This document shows positions 58,841 through 64,000 of a stretch of 64,000 nucleotides of DNA, one piece after another. The stretch lies in the NCBI GenBank assembly GCA_040879785.1, contig JBBDJR010000004.1, forward strand, positions 14,778-78,777, given 5' to 3'. Both the position numbers and the translations under genes were made by a program. This DNA is from Candidatus Pacearchaeota archaeon (GTDB lineage: Archaea > Nanobdellota > Nanobdellia > Pacearchaeales > GW2011-AR1). The notes beneath the pieces are model-generated. The model saw nothing but the letters and a program-made list of their open reading frames with translations. It was not told the DNA's origin and did no database searches. The first letter of the stretch is position 1; every line of letters starts with the position of its first letter.

Positions 58841-58969
58841 ATTATTTTACAGAGACAAACTTTATAAGAATATTTGTTCTTTAGGATATATTGCCTTGAC
58901 TAAATCTTCAATCAAGCGAAAAATATATAAATAACCCTAATCTAGGTTATTATAACTATAATAAAGGTT

Positions 58970-59479
58970 ATGATGAGACTATTGCAATTTTTAAAAGAAA
59001 ACGAGAATACGAGAAAGATATTTGGAAAGCGAGAGCTGAAAATAATTGAAAAACAAGTTAACGGAATAAATCTGACCCAGTCCGAGAAAAATAGGCTTTC
59101 AAGAGATATAAGAAAAAAATTTCAGCTTATAAAAGAAGCTTCAAGGTTTTCCGACGAGTTTGATTTAAAAAAAGCAAGCTCGATAAAATTTCTGATTAAG
59201 GAAGCAAAAGAAATTATCCTAGAGCATCCCTTAAGAAATAAGATAAAAAGAATAATTTTATTTGGTTCTGTTGCAAAAAAAAATCTAACTCAAAGATCGG
59301 ATATAGACATTGCTGTAGATTTCTTAAAAATAACTAAAAAACAAGCATTCAATTTCAGAAAAAACATCCTGGGAAAGATTTCTGGCAGGGTTGATATACA
59401 GGTTTTTAATGTCCTCCCAATAAAAGTGAAAGAAGAAATTAAAAGTAACGGAAAAGTTATCTATAAGAAAAATGAATAG
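58970..59479 (+). CDS. Minimal nucleotidyltransferase (MNT)
   Basis: ILFGSVAKKNLTQRSDIDIAVDF. Confidence 0.7.
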   Translation: MMRLLQFLKENENTRKIFGKRELKIIEKQVNGINLTQSEKNRLSRDIRKKFQLIKEASRFSDEFDLKKASSIKFLIKEAKEIILEHPLRNKIKRIILFGSVAKKNLTQRSDIDIAVDFLKITKKQAFNFRKNILGKISGRVDIQVFNVLPIKVKEEIKSNGKVIYKKNE

Positions 59480-59891
59480 AATAAGTGATAAAATTGGAGA
59501 GATAGAAAAATACCTTCAGGAACTTTCAGAAACAATTCCTGTAAATATTGAAAATTATAAAGGCGACTTTAAAGCTCGCGCTGCCTGCGAAAGGTATTTT
59601 GAAAGGATAATCGAAGCCATTATCGATTTGGCGTTTTTTATGATTAAAGAGTATAGGTTAAAAACTCCTGAAGAGGACAGACAAGCTTTTGATATTTTGG
59701 AACAGGAAATGATAATCTCTGATAAATTAGCCGAAAAGATGCGTGATGCTAAAGGGATGAGAAATATAATTGCTCATGAATACGGGATAATAGATGACGA
59801 GATGGTTTTTGATTCTATAAAAAACGAGTTAGTCTCGGATGCTGAAGATTTTGTTAAACAAATTAAAGATTTTTTAAGAAATAAAAAATGA
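59472..59891 (+). CDS. HEPN-domain protein (DUF86-type), partner of the MNT
   Basis: MRNIIAHEYGIIDDEMVF (the R-x4-6-H motif). Overlaps the MNT gene by 8 nt. Confidence 0.7.
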   Translation: MNRISDKIGEIEKYLQELSETIPVNIENYKGDFKARAACERYFERIIEAIIDLAFFMIKEYRLKTPEEDRQAFDILEQEMIISDKLAEKMRDAKGMRNIIAHEYGIIDDEMVFDSIKNELVSDAEDFVKQIKDFLRNKK

Positions 59892-60370
59892 CCTTTAAGG
59901 AGTACAAACAAAAGCGCAAATTCCCGGGAAAAGAAAAAACAACGGAACCAAAAGATAGTAAGACAAAAAAGTCTCGAACGCCGACGGCCCGAAAACCAAT
60001 CTTTGTAATTCATCGCCACGACGCAAGCCATTTACATTTCGACCTCCGTCTTGAAATGGACGGCGTCTTAAAATCCTGGGCCGTCCCTAAATCTCCAGAG
60101 GCGTTAAGCACAAAAGGAACAAAAAGACTTGCAATTCATGTTGAGGACCACCCTCTTTCTTACAAAGATTTTGAAGGAACAATTCCCGAAGGCAATTACG
60201 GTGCAGGAAAAGTTGAAATCTGGGATAACGGAACATACGAACTAAAAGAAAAAGAAAAAAAGAAAATTGAATTCACTCTCCACGGGAAAAAACTCGATGG
60301 AGATTATGTTTTAGTAAAAACGAATTATGGGAGCAAGCCGGAGAAGAGTTGGTTGTTTTTTAGGGTTTAA
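59888..60370 (+). CDS. Stand-alone LigD-type 3'-phosphoesterase (PE) domain
   Basis: FVIHRHDASHLHFDLRLEMDGVLKSWAVPKSPE...RLAIHVEDHPLSYKDFEGTIPEGNYGAGKVEIWDNGTY...LHGKKLDGDYVLVK. Confidence 0.75.
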   Translation: MTFKEYKQKRKFPGKEKTTEPKDSKTKKSRTPTARKPIFVIHRHDASHLHFDLRLEMDGVLKSWAVPKSPEALSTKGTKRLAIHVEDHPLSYKDFEGTIPEGNYGAGKVEIWDNGTYELKEKEKKKIEFTLHGKKLDGDYVLVKTNYGSKPEKSWLFFRV

Positions 60371-60376
60371 TAAAAA

Positions 60377-60670
60377 ATGAATATTTTTGAAATAAAGGAT
60401 AAGACAGGAAGAGAAATTTATCTCACAAAAGAAAGATGGAGACATGTAACTTCGCCAATTTCTCCACATGCATACATGACAAATTACATTGAGTATATAA
60501 AAGAGACACTTACAAATCCTTATAAAATTATTTCTGACATGGATAATCCAAATAAAGCATATTATTTTAGATATCATAAAGATAAGAAAGAGTATTTGAA
60601 AATCGTAGTTAATTATTTAAATGGAAGAGGATTTATAATAACATCCTATTTTGTTAGGAATATTAGGTAA
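60377..60670 (+). CDS. DUF4258-like toxin-type protein (partner of DUF2283)
   Basis: 97 aa (LTKERWRHVT...YIKETLTNPYKII...LKIVVNYLNGRGFIITSY). Genetically paired with DUF2283 (20-nt overlap). Family call is tentative. Confidence 0.45.
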   Translation: MNIFEIKDKTGREIYLTKERWRHVTSPISPHAYMTNYIEYIKETLTNPYKIISDMDNPNKAYYFRYHKDKKEYLKIVVNYLNGRGFIITSYFVRNIR

Positions 60671-60911
60671 AATGGAAGGAAAAATGAATCTTTATTATGA
60701 CGAAGAAGGGGATTATTTGGAAATATTTATAGAGGGTCAAAGCCCGACATATGGGGAAGATGTGGAAAACGGAATTACATTATTCAAAAAAGAAAGCACA
60801 GATGAAATTGTCGGAATAGGAATTTTAAACTTTAGAAAAAAAGCTAAATCACTTGACAACATAAGGCTTAATCTTCCCTTTAATGTCAATTTTTCTTCGC
60901 TAAAGGTTTAA
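60651..60911 (+). CDS. DUF2283-family protein
   Basis: MNLYYDEEGDYLEIFIEG...GEDVENGITLFKKESTDEIVGIGILNF. Confidence 0.65.
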   Translation: MLGILGKMEGKMNLYYDEEGDYLEIFIEGQSPTYGEDVENGITLFKKESTDEIVGIGILNFRKKAKSLDNIRLNLPFNVNFSSLKV

Positions 60912-60945
60912 GCTAGAAAAGAGCTGGCTGTTTTTCAAGATTTAA

Positions 60946-61203
60946 ATGATAGAAATTATAATCTATGGATTGATAGGATTTTGTCTTTCATTGTTTTCTA
61001 TTTGGTATTTTGAAATAGATGTTCCAAAGGCAGTTTTTTGGATTTTATTTCTTTTGCTACTTTTAATATATCTTTTTGGAGTAACCTTTATCGATCCTAA
61101 ATTCTGGTCAGATTATCCAGAAATATTTACAAACAAATTTTTTATACCTTTCATTATAGGAATTTTTATAGAATTAGCTTTTGAATCGTTTGAGATAATC
61201 TAA
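60946..61203 (+). CDS. Small membrane protein
   Basis: 85 aa, 2-3 TM helices. Confidence 0.35.
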   Translation: MIEIIIYGLIGFCLSLFSIWYFEIDVPKAVFWILFLLLLLIYLFGVTFIDPKFWSDYPEIFTNKFFIPFIIGIFIELAFESFEII

Positions 61204-61209
61204 CTATTC

Positions 61210-62208
61210 TCAAACCCCAAACTCTGCCTTACCTGCTTCTGCCCTGAATTCTCTGGACCTTGGTTTCCTTACCTTTCCGTCTTCTTCAATTTCTCCGGTC
61301 CACCATTCCAAATCAGGAACATCTGCCTCAATTCCTCGTGCCTTACAATACTCTCTCGACAATAGATAGAAAATTAATCCAAGACTTTTAGGACTTTTAT
61401 TATTTCCAAGAATTATCTGGTCCGCACCTTTCGAAAAGTTATTAGTGTCACAAACCATCAGAACCTTTTTGTTAACTTTAAGGGTGTCGTTAAGCGCGTT
61501 TTTATCAACCCAATGGTCAGTTACTATTGTTAGTTCATTCTCAAAAAAGTCTTCAAGGTTTTTATTTGTTAGAATTCCTGCAGGGTATTTCTTCGTGAAA
61601 ACTCTTATCCCGGTAATCTCTGAAAACTTCTTTGCAGCTTTCCATCCTGCCTCTCTCTTACATACAAGAATAACATCTTCGGGAGCGAACTTTGAAAGAA
61701 ACTCTATTCCCTCTCTAATTTTCTCGTCTATTAAATCGGTATTGAATATCGCCAAACCATCTGCTCTTCTCCTATAAACAAAAGGTTTCATGCTCGGAGT
61801 TACAACCCTTGTTCCGAGGTAGATTCCCGCTTTAACATACTCCTCGAGAGGAATAAGCATCTCTTTTTTCTTTACTTTGACCTTTTCTTTCAACTCTTCA
61901 GTGTCAGGTTTTTTATCAACTTTTTCCTGCAACTTCTTAGCTTTCTCCAAAAGAGCTTTCTTTTTCTTTTCAATATCTTTCTCTCTGGAAGTCGATTCCT
62001 TTTCAGCTTCTTTCTCAAGATCTTTATCAGAGGGTTCATCTTCCTTAGCAGATTTTTTCGCCGATTCCTTTTCAGGCTTTGCTTTAGTCTTCCCTTCAAT
62101 TTCTTCGGCAACCTTCTCTACAGCTTCCTTCCCTTTTTCAATAACCTTTTCCAGTACTTCTTCTCCTTTCTTAACATTATTTTCAATATCTTTAGCAACG
62201 TCTGTCAT
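61210..62208 (-). CDS. rps2: Ribosomal protein S2 with ~110-aa K/E-rich N-terminal extension
   Basis: YVKAGIYLGTRVVTPSMKPFVYRRRADGLAIFNTDLIDEKIREGIEFLSK...VILVCKREAGWKAAKKFSEITGIRVFTKKYPAGILTN. Confidence 0.8.
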   Translation of the reverse strand: MTDVAKDIENNVKKGEEVLEKVIEKGKEAVEKVAEEIEGKTKAKPEKESAKKSAKEDEPSDKDLEKEAEKESTSREKDIEKKKKALLEKAKKLQEKVDKKPDTEELKEKVKVKKKEMLIPLEEYVKAGIYLGTRVVTPSMKPFVYRRRADGLAIFNTDLIDEKIREGIEFLSKFAPEDVILVCKREAGWKAAKKFSEITGIRVFTKKYPAGILTNKNLEDFFENELTIVTDHWVDKNALNDTLKVNKKVLMVCDTNNFSKGADQIILGNNKSPKSLGLIFYLLSREYCKARGIEADVPDLEWWTGEIEEDGKVRKPRSREFRAEAGKAEFGV

Positions 62209-62245
62209 GAGATTTCAGAGAGAATTAGATTTAAAAAGCTTTACA

Positions 62246-62500
62246 TTACTTTTCCATTATAAATACCGTAGCTCTTTTCCCGGAGAATTCTTTAGGAAGA
62301 ATCACATGAGCCGCATTTCCGAATTTCTTAATCTTCAAATTTTTTATCGCACGAGGCATCATCTTTTTCATAGAATCGTAGGCCTTTGAAACATCTTTTT
62401 GCAACTGCTCAAGATTAACTTTGAGTTCTTTAGAGCTTACATCAACTCTTCGAACAGGTTTTTTTACATTACTATTAGAATTTTTCTTTACTTTTTTCAT
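62246..62500 (-). CDS. Small AbrB/SpoVT-like (DUF2080-like) protein
   Basis: FGNAAHVILPKEFSGKRATVFI resembles a swapped-hairpin barrel motif. Confidence 0.35.
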   Translation of the reverse strand: MKKVKKNSNSNVKKPVRRVDVSSKELKVNLEQLQKDVSKAYDSMKKMMPRAIKNLKIKKFGNAAHVILPKEFSGKRATVFIMEK

Positions 62501-62576
62501 ATATACATATGTATATACTTGTTTATAAAGTTAGGGGTTACTTCCCAACACATTTTATTTATCTTGATTTTAAGGA

Positions 62577-63308
62577 TTAAACAATTGTGATATTTTCTAA
62601 AGAAACATGTGCAAACTGGGTTCCAGGAGGACCTCCAGATAGTTGGAATCTCCAGAAATTTTCATTAAAATTATAGTCATAATACTCTGTGAATTCATAT
62701 TCTCCCTCTTCTAGTAAATTTGATTCTGCTAGTTTTTCATAAGCTTCTGAAGCCTTCAACTCAAATATAGAATAATCAAAACAGTCTTCTAATTGAGGGT
62801 GCCATCTTCCCCCCCTATAGTTGTCTCCCTTACACTTAATTCTTTCTACAAATTCTATGTCTTCCGTGTTTATCGTCATAATAATCATATCCACACACCC
62901 ACTATTAGTGCACATCCCTTGTTCATGATGAATTCTTCCAGAAATTCTTGCTTTTACAATCCCATCTCCCAATAATTCATTGTCTTCTGTAGCTTCTATT
63001 TTGTCCTTAAATGTGGTTCCTTCCCTAAATCTTATAAAAACAGTTTTGTCTTCGTCGCTAATGTGAAATCCAGATCCCATCTTTCCTTCAACAGTAATCT
63101 CCTCAGTTAAACAAGAATCAGGGTTGCATACTTGGTATGCCTGTGAAGGACTAATTGGCTGGGTAATATCAGGGATTGGTTGTTCTTTTATATCTGGAAT
63201 AAATATGACTAATGAAGCTAATATTACTATCAGGACTATAAATCCTATAACCAGGCCTTTTTGCATATTTTTTGATAGATTTTTAGATTTAAAAACTTTC
63301 TCAATCAT
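62577..63308 (-). CDS. Membrane-anchored secreted Cys-containing protein
   Basis: N-terminal TM helix GLVIGFIVLIVILASLVIFI, then a 200-aa ectodomain with 8 Cys. Confidence 0.45.
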   Translation of the reverse strand: MIEKVFKSKNLSKNMQKGLVIGFIVLIVILASLVIFIPDIKEQPIPDITQPISPSQAYQVCNPDSCLTEEITVEGKMGSGFHISDEDKTVFIRFREGTTFKDKIEATEDNELLGDGIVKARISGRIHHEQGMCTNSGCVDMIIMTINTEDIEFVERIKCKGDNYRGGRWHPQLEDCFDYSIFELKASEAYEKLAESNLLEEGEYEFTEYYDYNFNENFWRFQLSGGPPGTQFAHVSLENITIV

Positions 63309-64000
63309 TTCCCAACCTTCCTCTCAATCTCAATCAACCTTTTGATTTTTACCTCGCGCCCTTTCCCAGTTATCCCACATTTTAAGAAATCCGCCTGGAA
63401 CCCGACTGCCAAATCAGCTAAAATATTTTCCTCAGTCTCGCCGCTTCTGTGAGAGAAAACAATTTTTATCCCATTTTTCTTTGCAAGCTCACAGACTTCT
63501 TTAACTCTCATGAGCGAGCCGTTCTGATTTGGTTTAACAATTATCGCATTTATACTTTTTTGTTCTATAGCTTTTTCAAGCCGTTTGTAATTAGTAGTTG
63601 TCAAATCGTCCCCTACAATCAGCGTGTCAGGGAATTTCTTGAGAAGGTTTGAAAAACTCTCAAAGTCATCCTCATTAAAAGGGTCTTCAACATAAAAAAG
63701 ATTAAAATTTTTTATAAGACTCGAAACGTAAAAAAGCTGTTCATCTTTTGTTCTACCTAAGACAGGATTCTGATACTGGTATCTTTTTCTTTTACAAAAC
63801 TCTGAAGCTGCAATGTCCAATCCCAAAGGTAAATTTAGGCCACTCATGCCGTCAAGTATATCTTTCTCATTTAACGAAGTCTCCCACGCATCTTCATCAT
63901 TTGTTTTGCTTCTGAAGTTTTCGTCATTGTCTTTAAGGAAGTAAACTATATCTTTTTTCGCTTTTTTAATTAGCTTAAAAGATTCCTTTGGAGAGTTTGT
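63305..64000 (-). CDS. eno: Enolase, C-terminal part (N-terminus beyond right window edge)
   Basis: LGLDIAASEF..., LIVGDDLTTTN, AIIVKPNQNGSL, SHRSGETEENILADLAVG. The reading frame stays open upstream of the listed Met to position 64000. Confidence 0.8.
   Translation of the reverse strand, partial: TNSPKESFKLIKKAKKDIVYFLKDNDENFRSKTNDEDAWETSLNEKDILDGMSGLNLPLGLDIAASEFCKRKRYQYQNPVLGRTKDEQLFYVSSLIKNFNLFYVEDPFNEDDFESFSNLLKKFPDTLIVGDDLTTTNYKRLEKAIEQKSINAIIVKPNQNGSLMRVKEVCELAKKNGIKIVFSHRSGETEENILADLAVGFQADFLKCGITGKGREVKIKRLIEIERKVGK

Overview
This 64-kb window is AT-rich and clearly archaeal. It carries PCNA, an intein-containing primase PriS, class I LysRS, Cbf5, r-proteins L31e/L39e/S19e/S2, form III RuBisCO, CysRS, RNase P RNA, and a 16S-tRNAAla(intron)-23S operon on the minus strand. 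The gene content suggests a small-genome DPANN-like archaeon: many secreted or membrane-anchored proteins, a ComEA-like protein, a lytic transglycosylase and long K/E-rich tails on r-proteins. Housekeeping genes are interleaved with accessory blocks. (1) A ~10-kb minus-strand locus (6.8-17.1 kb) encodes five prepilin-like proteins (class III signal, KKGQ/KRGQ motif) plus three large Cys-rich or repeat surface proteins. An embedded HEPN-MNT pair interrupts it, and no assembly ATPase or platform gene is visible, which makes it a candidate undescribed surface-appendage or attachment system. (2) A defence island (45.9-53.1 kb) abuts the rRNA operon: an MmeI-family type IIL RM enzyme, DUF3800, a GIY-YIG/DUF4357 plus DUF2779 nuclease pair, and an HExxH protein. 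(3) Several toxin-antitoxin-like modules are present: RelE, MazEF, two HEPN-MNT pairs, DUF4258/DUF2283 plus an orphan DUF2283 with a decayed partner. Other points of interest are a protein-coding ORF inside the tRNAAla-23S spacer, an identical 24-nt element after both PCNA and 23S, a bacterial-type SLT lytic transglycosylase, an RRM protein, RecQ, and a stand-alone LigD phosphoesterase. Every call rests on motif recognition by eye; no database search was run.
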